DNA of 63,318 nt, the filler included, from Chiloscyllium plagiosum (taxonomy: Eukaryota), in assembly GCF_004010195.1 (NCBI RefSeq). It is 4 parts of one record of this genome, joined end to end, with 100 filler letters (N's around TTAATTAATTAA, not from the genome) between each part and the next. Parts side by side here need not be neighbours in the genome. Positions count along the whole stretch, not along the records: positions 15,301 to 29,770 come from NC_057716.1; positions 29,871 to 59,970 come from NC_057716.1; 2 more parts are not named here. The stretch is one strand, 5' to 3'. The position numbers were made by a program, and so were the translations under genes. Position 1 is the first letter of the stretch, and each line of letters begins with the position of its first letter. This document shows positions 25,466-36,569 of the stretch, one piece after another. Under the pieces are notes generated by a model. It was given only the letters and a program-made list of their open reading frames with translations. It made no database searches and was not told the origin of the DNA.

Positions 25466-25675
25466 GGTCTTTAAAGGCTTCCCAATCCTCAGCCTTCTAC
25501 TAATCTTTGCCACATTGTATAATTGAGAGACACTTGTCTGTGTACAGATATCTTCCTGAGAGAGGATTAAGAGACAACCATCAGTATATGATCCAGGAGG
25601 TGAGGAACTGAAATATACCAGTTTGGGTTCGAAATTGAGTGTTTTTAAATGACGGGTCAATTTGGTTGAATTAAG

Positions 25676-26288
25676 TGGTCCGGAGAGACCATTCCCTCCG
25701 CAACTCCCTCGTCAGGTCCACACCCCCCACCAACCCAACCTCCACTCCCGGCACCTTCCCCTGCAACCGCAAGAAGTGCAAAACTTGCGCCCACACCTCC
25801 CCCCTCACCTCCCTCCAAGGCCCCAATGGATCTTTCCATATCCGCCGCAAATTCACCTGCACCTCCACACACATCATTTACTGTATTCGCTGCACCCGAT
25901 GTGGTCTCCTCTACATTGGGGAGACAGGCCGCCTACTTGCGGAACGTTTCAGGGAACACCTCTGGGACACCTGCACCAACCAACACACTTTAACTCCCCC
26001 TCCCACTCCGCCAAGGACATGCAGGTCCTTGGCCTCCTCCACCGCCAGACCCTGACCATTCACCCTCACCTCCTTCCACCTATCGTATTCCCAGCGCCCC
26101 TCCCCCAAATTCCCTCCCACCTACCTTTTATCTCAGCCCACTTGGCTCACCAGCATCATTCCTCAAGAAGGGCTTTTGCCCGAAACGTCAATTCTTCTGC
26201 TCCTCGGATGGTGCCTGTCCTGCTGTGTTTTTCCAGCAACACATTTTTCAACTCTGGTCTCCAGCATCTGCAGTCCTCACTTTCTCTT
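25676..26288 (+). mobile_element. Penelope-like element GIY-YIG endonuclease fragment and terminus
   Basis: PCNRKKCKTC..FTCTSTHIIYCIRCTRCGLLYIGETGRLLAERFREH, an IY..YIG motif. Mutated hammerhead at ~26158-26193. Confidence 0.9.
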
Positions 26289-26435
26289 AAGTTTTTATTG
26301 CCCATGTTAAAATTTTGAGTCCTGACTGGTTTAGCAAGTTCTGCAATACCTGTTTTCTGCCACCAGGTGCCAGTGGTCAGAATTGAGAGCTTGGCCAGAA
26401 GCCTCAGTCTGTTTAAAGCTGTTCCTGTTTACATT

Positions 26436-26586
26436 GTTAAAAATCACACAATACCAGGTCCAACAGGTTTAATTGGAAGCACTAGCTTTCGGAAGCACAA
26501 CCACCTGATGAAGGAGCAGCGCTCCGAAAGCTAGTGCTTCCAATTAAACCTGTTGGACCATAACCTGGTATTGTGTGATTTTTAAC
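26436..26586. repeat. Long inverted repeat of a Penelope-type terminus containing an intact hammerhead
   Basis: gttaaaaatcacacaataccagg..ccaacaggtttaattggaagcactagctttcgga is mirrored by tccgaaagctagtgcttccaattaaacctgttgg..cctggtattgtgtgatttttaac. Confidence 0.9.
26502..26536 (+). ncRNA. Minimal type-I hammerhead ribozyme motif (family A)
   Basis: CAC-CTGATGA-A-GGAGC-agc-GCTCC-GAA-AGCT-A^GTG. Stem I CAC/GTG, stem II 5 bp, palindromic stem III AGCT, CUA triplet. Confidence 0.8.
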
Positions 26587-27679
26587 TTTGTATGCCCCAG
26601 TCCAATACTGGCTTCCATATCCTGTTTACACTCGGCATGTAATCTGGAGCTGGCTGACAGTGTGTTATAGCAAAGCTTCTCCTCCACATCAACGAGGCCT
26701 CAATGCCACTCTGTGTAAACTGAGAGTCCTGAAGGGAATATTTTGGCAGTTGAAACAGCACGGCCTACCCTCTCAATCTGATTCACTTTCTCCTCAAATT
26801 TACTGAGGTTTTTTCATCTGGTCTCTCGACAGAATTCCTCCTATTAACACATTATCTTAACCTCTTATCATATCCTTTCATTCCTTCCTCCTGACCATGT
26901 TTTTCTAACTTACTTTGAAATGCATCTAAATTTTTTGCCAGAATGATTCCTTGTGGTAACAAATTGTGTTACCTTTCTCACCACTCAATTTCAAGGACAG
27001 TTTGCACAGGTCCACATGTATTTCCTCCTCTGACAAATGATGTATTAATAGATAATTAAGGAATCGGAAGGGGTAGATAAACTCTAAAATAAAACAAAGA
27101 ACTGTAGATACTGGAAATCTGAAACAACAAACAGAAATTGAATGATTGATTTATTGGCATATATATCTAGGGAGATACAATGAAAAGTGGTCTGTCACCA
27201 CATTCCAGTACCATTTTGAGTTACAAAAGAATAAAAAGGAAGTACTTAAGTTGAGTTAATCTTCATCGCCGCAGTCCCAAACATGACTCAAGTATTTCTG
27301 CAAGGTCCCTGTTCTGGGCCTACTGCAGCCAGGAGCACCTACTCCAGGCACCAGCATTGCTGCAGTCGACAACCTACCACCAGTGAAAGAGTCCATACTC
27401 TGGGCCTACTGCAGCCAAGTGTCCCTGCTGTACCATTGCTGCAGGTGCTGCCGTTCCAGGAATCTATGCACCAGGCCTATGAAGCCAGGAATCATTGCCA
27501 ATTTGACTCCCTCACCAGATGGCTGTCTGTACTCCCCGTTCCCTCAACAACATTCACCTTATATTCACTAAAATACCAGAATAACCAGAAAGGATTCTTC
27601 CCCCCCCCCCCGCGCCATAGTGGGATAAACACAGAGTCTGTGGGGCTCTTCTTCAGGGGCCTCAGGCCTCCCCCAGCCA

Positions 27680-29130
27680 GGGTTCTAAATGAATACTTTG
27701 GGTTGATGTTCACTAGTAAAAGGGACAGTATGGGTATAGATATCAGAAGGAAGGTCTGTGACACAACTGAAGAAATTAGCATAGACAGAGAGGAGGTTGT
27801 GGCAAGTTTAAAAGTAGATAAATCTCCAGGCCGGATGCAATGTACCCCAGTTTGTTGGGTGAGACAAGGGAGTAAATAGCAATTGCACTTGCAAAACTTT
27901 CCGATTTCTGTCTGGCCACAGGAGAGTTGCTGGAGGACAGCCAATGTGATACCGTTATTCCTGAAGGGAACAAGAGATAAACCAGGAAACTACTGGCCAG
28001 TCAATCTAACCTCAGTGGTAAGGAAACTATTGGAAGCAATTCTGAGGGACAGAATCAATCTGTGTTTGGAAAGGCAGGACTTAATCAAGAACAGTCAAGC
28101 ATGGTTTTGTCATGGGGTGGTCATATCTGACCAACTTGACTGAAGCTTTTGAAGCGATAACCAGGTGGGTTGATGAGGGCAATGCTTTCGATGTAGTCAA
28201 CTTGGATTTCAGCCTGGTGTTTGATCAGCCTTGGTTGGGAGACTGATACTAAAGGTAAGAGCCTTTGAAATCCAAGGAAATTTGGTAAATTGGATCTATA
28301 ATTGGCTGAGTGGCAGGAAGCAGTGGGTGATGGTTGAGGAGTGTTTTTCCAACCAGTGGTGTCCCACAGAATCCAGTGGTGTCCCACAGAGGTCAGTGTT
28401 AGGGGCCCTTGCTGTTTGTGGTTCATATGAATTGTTGAGACTTCAGTGTAAGAGGAGCAGGAGAATCAAGCCTTCATCAGGGCTTATGCCCGAAATGTCA
28501 ATTTTCCTGCTCCTTGGATGCTGCCTGACCTGCTGTGCTTTTCCAGCACCACACTCTTGACTCTGATCGCCAGCATATGCAGTCCTCACTTTCTCCTCCT
28601 TCAGTATAAGAGAGATGATTAGTAAGTTTACAGATGATACAAAAATTCGTGGACGGTAAATAATGAGGAGGATAGCCTTAAAGTGCAGGAGGATTGGACG
28701 GTATAGTCAAATGGGTGGATCAGCAGCAAATGGAATTAAATACGGATAAATGTGAAGTGATGCAGTGGCCAGAACAAATATGGCAAGGGAATATATGATG
28801 AATAGGAGGATCCTACTGGGGATCAGAGGGACCTCTGTGTGCATGGACCCTGATCTCTTAAGGAATTGGGACAGGTAGATAAAGTTAAGAAAGCATATGA
28901 GATACTTGCCTTTATTAATCAATACATAAGCGTTTAAGAGCAGGGTAGTTATGCTGGAACTGTATAAAACAATGGTTAAGCCACAGGTCAAGTATTGTGT
29001 GTGGTTCTGGATCCCGCATTAGAGGAGGGGTGTGATTGCATTGGAGAGGTTGCAGAGAAGATTTACCAGGATATTGCCTGGACTGGAGAGTTTCAGTTAT
29101 GAGGGGAAGTTGGACATAGGAGCTGGACTT
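27680..29130 (+). mobile_element. Degenerate CR1 ORF2 (RT) fragment with a PLE-terminus insert at ~28450-28600
   Basis: LNEYFGLMFT, DKSPG, WRTANVIPLF..NYWPVNLTSVV, GVPQRSVLG, SKFTDDTKI. Confidence 0.85.
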
Positions 29131-29225
29131 GTCCCCTCTCAATTTTCTGTTATAAAGAAAACATGATTGAGATGTATACAGTTCTTCTGGGTATAATTAG
29201 GGAAGAGAGGAAATAGCTTTTTCTC

Positions 29226-29770
29226 TTGATGGAGGGATCTCGGTTGGTTTTTTGCCTCCCGGGTGCCAGGGTCAGAGACATCTCGGACCGTGTCTTCAGA
29301 ATCTTTAAGGGGGAGGGTATGCAGCCAGAAGTCGTGGTGCACATTGGCACCAACGACATAGGTAGGAAGAGGGGTGGAGGGGGGGGCATTCAGGAGCTCA
29401 GGGAGTTAGGCTGGAAGCTAAAAGCTAGGACGGACAGAGTCGTCATCTCTGGGTTGTTGCCGGTGCCACGTGACAGTGAGTCAAGGAATAGGGAGAGTGT
29501 GCAGTTGAACACATGGCTGCAAGGATGGTGTAGGAGAGAGGGCTTCAGGAATTTGGACAATTGGACTGCATTCTGGGGAAGGTGGGACATGTACAAGCAG
29601 GACGGGTTGCACCTGAACCAGAAGGGCACCAATATCCTGGGGGTAGGTTTGCTAGCACTCTTCGGTGGGGTTTAAACTAATTTGGCAGGGGGATGGGATC
29701 CGGACTTGTAGTCCAGCAAGTAGGCTATCTGTTTTTCAGGATGTCCAAGTGTGTGGGGAGGCTGTGAAGA
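29226..29770 (+). mobile_element. CR1 LINE ORF1 SGNH esterase-like fragment
   Basis: CLPGARVRDI, VVVHIGTNDI, VVISGLLPVP, DGLHLN. A near-identical copy occurs at 63030-63318. Confidence 0.88.
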
Positions 29771-29870
29771 NNNNNNNNNNNNNNNNNNNNNNNNNNNNNN
29801 NNNNNNNNNNNNNNTTAATTAATTAANNNNNNNNNNNNNNNNNNNNNNNNNNNNNNNNNNNNNNNNNNNN

Positions 29871-30257
29871 GATAGGGTGTGGAGGTGGAGATATCCTAGA
29901 GAATGTGGGTGGTGTTGATACCCTGGATTGGGTGGGGGTGTACAGATACCCTGGATAGGGTGTGGAGGTGGAGATATCCTAGAGAATGTGGGTGGTGTTG
30001 ATACCCTGGATTGGGTGGGGGCGTACAGATACCCTGGATATAGGGTGTGGAGGTGGAGATATCCTAGAGAATGTGGGTGGTGTTGATACCCTGGATTGGG
30101 TGGGGGTGTACAGATACCCTGGATAGGGTGTGGGGGTACAGATACCCTGGATAGGGTGTGGGGAAGCAGATACCCTGGATAGGGTGTGGGGGCACAGATA
30201 TGCTGGATTGGGTGTGAGGGTGTAGATACCCTGGATAGGGTGTGGGGGAACAGATAC
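29871..30257. repeat. G-rich minisatellite (~83-bp higher-order unit built from ~28-bp gataccctggatagggtgtgggg subunits)
   Basis: Direct tandem repetition, flanked by N gaps on both sides. Confidence 0.95.
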
Positions 30258-31227
30258 CNNNNNNNNNNNNNNNNNNNNNNNNNNNNNNNNNNNNNNNNNN
30301 NNNNNNNNNNNNNNNNNNNNNNNNNNNNNNNNNNNNNNNNNNNNNNNNNNNNNNNNNNNNNNNNNNNNNNNNNNNNNNNNNNNNNNNNNNNNNNNNNNNN
30401 NNNNNNNNNNNNNNNNNNNNNNNNNNNNNNNNNNNNNNNNNNNNNNNNNNNNNNNNNNNNNNNNNNNNNNNNNNNNNNNNNNNNNNNNNNNNNNNNNNNN
30501 NNNNNNNNNNNNNNNNNNNNNNNNNNNNNNNNNNNNNNNNNNNNNNNNNNNNNNNNNNNNNNNNNNNNNNNNNNNNNNNNNNNNNNNNNNNNNNNNNNNN
30601 NNNNNNNNNNNNNNNNNNNNNNNNNNNNNNNNNNNNNNNNNNNNNNNNNNNNNNNNNNNNNNNNNNNNNNNNNNNNNNNNNNNNNNNNNNNNNNNNNNNN
30701 NNNNNNNNNNNNNNNNNNNNNNNNNNNNNNNNNNNNNNNNNNNNNNNNNNNNNNNNNNAAGGACAATGGCCATCTATCTGTAGACCATCTGGACAGTGAG
30801 TCATATCCCTACAACAGGTGAGGTATGAGAGTGCACGTTGACCCTGAAGGACACAGTCGTTGATAGCTGTTACATTTGGAGGCTGACTGTCCGGAAAGGT
30901 GAGCAGAAACTGAGGCCTGTGAAAAGGAGCCAGACAAAACCAAGTCTGGAGAATGATGCACTTCCTTAGCTACTGCCTTCCTCTGCAGTAGAGACAGCTG
31001 TGTCAGAGAGGGGTTCCTGAGCCACGCTGGGCTGTGTTTAACACCAAGTTGACAAGTGTAGCTCAAACCCATCACCCTGTGGGTCAAAAACGTGCCACTT
31101 CGATTCCCTGGGAATGGCCGTACTCTTCAGTATTTTCATCAGATTTGCCATCCGTGATTCCCTTCTGTGAAAAGAAACCGCATTCTCAAAGTGGAATTGC
31201 ATTTTATTTCCATTTGTCAACTTCCAA

Positions 31228-31738
31228 AGTCGCAGGTGGATAGGATAGTGAAGAAGGTGTTTGGTATGCTTTCCTTTATTGGTCAGAGTATTGAGTACAG
31301 GAGTTGGGAGGTCATGTTGCGGCTGTACAGGACATTGGTTAGGCCACTGTTGGAATATTATGTGCAATTCTGGTCTCCTTCCTATCGGAAAGATGTTGTG
31401 AAACTTGAGAGGGTTCAGAAAATATTTCCAAGGCTGTTGCCAGGGTTGGAGGATTTGAGCTACAGGGAGAGGCTGAACAGGTGGGGTCTGTTTTCCCTGG
31501 AGCATCGGAGGCTGAGGGGTGGTGGTACGTGTATGGAATGAGCTGCCAGAGGATGTGGTGGAGGCTGGTACAATTGCAACATTTAAGGGGCATTTGAATG
31601 GGTATATCAATAGGAAGAGTTTGGAGGAATATGGGCTGGGTGCTAGCAGGTGGGACTAGATTGAGTTGGGATATCTGGTCGGCATGAACGGGTTGGACTG
31701 AAGGGTCTGTTTCCATGCTGTACATCTCTATGACTCTA
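31228..31738 (+). mobile_element. CR1/HER1 3' fragment, internally deleted
   Basis: LRLYRTLVRPLLEYYVQFWSPSYRKDVVKLERVQ plus the standard tail. Confidence 0.9.
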
Positions 31739-32574
31739 CTGGAATAGTTTGGGAATGGAGGGAATCCAGTGATGAGTTGCACCCTGCCCCTAACTAAGGA
31801 AGGTCCTAAAAGTGAGGTCAGCTCCTGCTGTCGGGGACAAAAGAGAGCAAAGTAGGCTGTAAGGGTCCCTGGGGTGGGGTGGGAGGGGGTGGGCATGATG
31901 TCAATGCAAAGAGACATTGCACAATGCCAGCAGTGTGGGTTCAGTTCCTGCACTGGCTGAGATCACCATGACCCTTCTCAACCTCTACCCTCACCTGAAG
32001 TGTGGTGACCTCGGGTTCAACCACCACCAGTCATCTCCCTTGAAGGACTGGCCCCTTTACCTTTTCCCATCATCGCGGCACTGTCTCTCTCATAACTTGG
32101 AATGTCAACCTGTCTGCTCCCAGGGATTTGTCTGCACTCAATCCCAATATTTCTTTCTCCTGTTTCTGATATTAATCAGAGTTCTTCAACCAGGTTTGTC
32201 CCTTGGTTGCTCTCTCTCTGACACCTTTCTGTGCATTCAGACAGACATGTATTGCATTTATTTTTGTGATGCCTGTGGTGTAAAATCGATTGTGTTGTGA
32301 AGACACGTGGGCGGGGGAGGGAAGGACAGTGCTGCAAAGCAATGGAAGATTCTAGATCTCGCGAGGGCCACCATTGTGTAAGTGCTTCTGATCTCACTTG
32401 CTGGGAAAGCCGGAGCAGCTGTAGGCTGCTCAGTGATGGGGTGGGGGGAGGGGGTTACAGGTATGGTTTCCGTGACCCAGCTTTGGTAAGTAGGGACCTG
32501 GACGCTGTCCGGTGTGGATGGCAGAATCTAATCTTTCGCTGAACAAAGCTCCTCACAGGCTGGAGATCTGCTGA

Positions 32575-32658
32575 AGCTGTGGCTCGATTCAAGTAATCCA
32601 GGATAGGCTGTCAGTCAGGCTCTGGCCTGTCCTTGACTACTTGGCTCAGGACCCAGCT
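32575..32658 (+). ncRNA. mir-26: miR-26 precursor hairpin (mature 5p 32588-32609), intronic in CTDSP1
   Basis: TTCAAGTAATCCAGGATAGGCT equals the canonical miR-26a-5p. The 3' arm GGCCTGTCCTTGACTACTTGGCTC pairs with it, and the lower stem closes with AGCTG/CAGCT. It sits in the intron just upstream of the VYVLKRP exon, the known position of miR-26 in CTDSP genes. Confidence 0.97.
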
Positions 32659-33218
32659 ACTACGTCGTACTGCGATCTGCCCATCGCTTTCCTGCTGTCC
32701 TCGAGGGCTGTGTGAGAGTATCTCTTGTTAATGTCTCGTTGCTGCGATTGTCTGAGGGGGCTTAACACAGGACCTACTCCCAGGATGGTGTTCTTGCCCC
32801 AAACCCCATTCCCATTCACCTCTGATGCATCAAAGTCCAGATCTATCGGGTTTTTTCATTTGGAATATTCCTCTCCAACCTGTGCTTGGTGCTCTCCTTC
32901 CCCTTTTTTATCCTCATCCACTCTCATTTCTCCTTTGCTCGTTCTCCTCTTCTTTCTGTTCTACCTTTCTTTTCTGTTCATCCACCACCTTCTCTTGCCC
33001 CTCCAGTTGCTCTTTTCTCTCCATCCCCCTTTTACTCATCCTCCCCTTCCCCCAGCCGAAAAAAGATCCCTCCTTCCATCTTTTCCCAGTGTCTTGTTGT
33101 CAAATCATGGATAGTGCAGTCTGAGAGAGGCCATTCAGCCCCTTGTGGCCATGCTGGCTCACAGGAGGCATTTTTCTCTTTGCTTTCTTTGCCTCACCAG
33201 CGCCATCTTGTGTTTCAG

Positions 33219-33311
33219 GTGTACGTTTTGAAGAGGCCTTACGTGGACGAGTTTTTGAGGAGAATGGGCGAGCTCTTTGAGTGTGTGCTATTCACAGCTA
33301 GCCTCTCCAAG
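33219..33311 (+). CDS. CTDSP1: CTD small phosphatase 1 (SCP1) exon, FCP1/NIF HAD domain
   Basis: Acceptor tgtttcag, donor AAG|GTGAGT, 93 nt. Encodes [31 protein letters not shown]. Confidence 0.95.
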
Positions 33312-33616
33312 GTGAGTCCTCCCATCCCCACCCCCGTCACTCCATGTGCCTGTGTACCTCCCTCTCCGTCCATGTCCCCTTGGTTGCAAGCTTCCCATTT
33401 TTCCCCGAATTGGGTAGTATCCTGGGATGAGACAGGATGGAGGAGTGATCTGTTCCTTTTGTGTAAGCCCTTTGAGCACGATCTTTTGTGAAGAGAGCTC
33501 CTCTCAGCTCTAGGTTCTTTGTGAGTGTTAGGAAAACAAAACTTGAGGCCACATGAGATGTCAGATCAGGTGACCACAGGTTTGCTTAAAGAGCTTGGTT
33601 TTATGAAGAATACTAA

Positions 33617-35140
33617 AGGTGGATGTACAGAGGGATCTTGGGGTTCAAGTCTATAGCTCCCTACAAGTGGCCATGCAAGTAGATAGGATGGTAAAGACGT
33701 TGTATGGTGTGCTTACCTTTATTGATTGGGGAATTGAGTACACGAGTCAGGATGTCATGTTGCACCTTCAAAAGACTTTGGTTAGGCCACACTTAGAGTA
33801 TTGTGTTCAATTCTGGTTCCCCATTACAGGAAGGATGTGGAGGCTTTGGAGAGAGTGCAGAAGAGGATGCTGCCTGGATCAGAGGGTATGAGCGATAAGG
33901 AGAGGCTAGAAAAAGTTGGGTCATTTTCTCTGGAGCGGCAGAGGCTGAGGGGAGACTTGATAGAAATTTATAAAATTATGAGATGCACAGATAGGATTGA
34001 TGGTCAGAATCCTTTTCCCAAAGTTGAAATGTCTAAAACTAGGGAGCATGTATTTAAGGAGAGAGGGGGAAAGTGCAAAGGAGATGTGAGGGGAAAGTTT
34101 TATTACACAGAGAGTGGTAGGAGTGTGGAACGCACTGCCAGGGAGTGGTGGTGGGGCAGATACAGTAAGGGCGTTTCAGGGGCTTTTAGATAAGCACGGA
34201 ATGTGCAAGGAATGGTGGGATATGGGTCAAGGGCAGACAGAAGGGAAAAGTTGAATTAAATTGAATTGAATTTATTGTTACGTGTACTGAGGCACAGTGA
34301 AAAGCTTTGTCTTGTAAGCTTAATTAGGTGTCATGTTTGGTACAACATGATGGGCCGAAAGGTCTGTTCCTGTGCTGTATTGTTCTATGTTCTATGAGGA
34401 CAGGGAAAGAGGAAGAGATGTTTAGGGAGAAAATTCCCAATTTGGAGGCACAGCTGCCAATAGTGATGGAAAACTGGAGTTGGGCAAGAGAGCGGAATCA
34501 GAGAAGTGTGGTAACCCTGGAGGGTTCTGATTCTGGAGGGGGCTGTCTTTCTGTAATTAACCTGTTCAGCGATGTTATGATGCGCGCACTCTGGAATGGA
34601 TTGGGCTTGAACGTGGGCCTCGTGGGCCAGAGGTACAGATGCTACCGCTGCACCACGAGGTCCTTCCTAAAGAAGGATGGACTTGGCTTAGAGGGAGTGC
34701 AGCAATGGTTTGATTGGCTCATTCTCGGAATGAGAGATGAGACTGAACAAGTCCCCGAGGTAGACTGATTGCAAAATACAAAGTTCTTAATCAACCTGGA
34801 GGATAGGATGAATAGACAAGGTCTTTTCCCCAGGGCGTGGAATCCAGAACTAGAGGGGTGTAGGTTTAAAGTGAGAGGGGAAAGATACAAAAGAGATCTA
34901 AGGGGCAACCTTTCCATACAGAGGGTGGTACATGTATGGAATGAGCTGCCAGAGGAAGTGGTGGAGGCTGGTACAATTACAACATTTAAGAGGCATCTGG
35001 ATGGGTATATGAATAGGAAGGGTTTGAAGGAATATGGGCCAAGTGCTGGCAAATGGGACTAGATTAGTTTAGAATACCTGGTCAGCATGGACAAGTTGGA
35101 CCGAAGGGTCTGTTTCCATGCTGTACATCTCAATGACTCT
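33617..35140 (+). mobile_element. Cluster of CR1 3' fragments in a CTDSP1 intron (~33617-34395 and ~34797-35140)
   Basis: QRDLGVQV..LVRPHLEYCVQFW, LRGDLIEIYKIM, and HER1-type tails. Confidence 0.85.
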
Positions 35141-35300
35141 AAATGAACCGGTTGGACTGTAACTTGGTGTTATGTGACTTCTGTCATTGATTGGTGGAAC
35201 AGGTGGAAGGGGCTGAATGGCCTTTCCTGTTCCTATGTTACTGAGCACAGGAACTGGGGAGTGAATTGGACCCACGTTAAGATCCAGGCAGGAGAGTTTG

Positions 35301-35381
35301 GAATGGGGAGTTATTCCCTAGGGAACCGGTCTGAATGGGGAGTTATTCCCTAGGGAACCGGTCTGAATGGGGTGTTATTCC
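35301..35381. repeat. Short ~33-bp tandem duplication upstream of a CTDSP1 acceptor
   Basis: gaatggggagttattccctagggaaccggtct, about 2.5 copies. Confidence 0.85.
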
Positions 35382-35450
35382 CTTGGTAATCGGTCTGGCT
35401 TTGATCAGCATTGGCCTTAAGGTGACCCTAACCTCTGCTGCTTGTTGCAG

Positions 35451-35636
35451 TACGCAGATCCTGTCGCCGACCTCCTGGACAAGTGGGGAGCGTTCAGAGC
35501 CCGACTCTTCCGTGAATCCTGCGTCTTCCACCAAGGCAATTATGTCAAAGACCTCAGCCGGCTGGGGCGGGACTTAAACAATCTCGTCATCGTTGACAAC
35601 TCACCGGCCTCCTACGTCTTCCACCCCAACAACGCT
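35451..35636 (+). CDS. CTDSP1: CTDSP1 penultimate coding exon
   Basis: Acceptor ttgttgcag, donor GCT|GTAGGT, 186 nt. Encodes [73 protein letters not shown] fits CTDSP1 better than CTDSP2 or CTDSPL as recalled. Confidence 0.95.
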
Positions 35637-36569
35637 GTAGGTAGCATATTGTTACGGGTTGTGTCTTTGCCATGGTACAGGGCAGTGCTGAGGGACCTCT
35701 CCACAAAGGGAGACTTGCATTTTTGTAGCACCCTTTGTGATCCTTTGATATGGACCAGGCTTGACACCCCTCAAAATACTTTCAGAAAGTAGCCTAGACC
35801 CTAACATTTTCATCTTTTAAAGGTCGGTGTGATATTCCAGGTGTGAAGCAGCTGGTCAAAACACTCGGCTTTAAGCAAAACAGAATTTATTTGAACACTA
35901 CAAATGAAACACCAACAAAAGAAAGTATAACTTAGAATAACTTAAATACTGGAAAACTTAGCCGCCCCAATACAGTAACTGCTACTAACTAACTGTTCCA
36001 ACATAGTAACATCCCATAAACACAGGCAGCAGGGAACAATATCCAGAGAGAGATTTCAGAGGAACGTCAGAGTGGTTCTTTACTAAAGCCTACAGCTCCC
36101 CTGGACTCTCATGTCTTGTGACTGCTACAGCTACAACAAACTATCAAAGACCTGACCTGGGAGAAGTGGCCACTCCCCTTCCATTGCCATTAAAACTCCC
36201 TCTTCAAAACAAAACTAAGGACAAATTAACCTTTTCAAAGTGACAGCATTGTCACTCTGCTTGATGTTGTTACTGTTAGACTACAAATCCAGAAACAGAT
36301 GGTGTAATTTGAATTCAGTGAAAATCTGGAATTAAACATCTAGTGACGGCCATAAAACAATTGTCAGAAAAAGCCCACTTGGGTCACTAATGTCCTTTAG
36401 GGAAGGAAACTGCCATCCTTACCTGGTCTGGCCTCCATGGGACTGTAGACACACTGCAATGAGGTTGACTCTTAACCACCATCTGGGTAATAGATGCTGG
36501 CCCAGCCAGTGATTTCCACATCCCATGAATGAATTTAAACTAAAATTTTCTCAAAGAAACATGAATCTG

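Noticed and set aside
25675..26055. GIY-YIG ORF as a homing endonuclease or repair gene
   Set aside because: It is frameshifted, multi-copy and followed by the Penelope-type terminus.
29226..29675. SGNH hydrolase ORF as a host or horizontally acquired enzyme
   Set aside because: It matches the esterase-like ORF1 of CR1-group LINEs and is repeated at 63030-63318.
29871..30257. Regular repeats resembling a CRISPR array (also 56537-56630 and 19087-19250)
   Set aside because: The units are head-to-tail with no unique spacers, there are no cas genes, and the context is vertebrate.
35746..36255. Possible second solo LTR in a CTDSP1 intron (minus-strand AATAAA near 35887)
   Set aside because: I could not establish matching termini or a TSD, so it is left uncalled.
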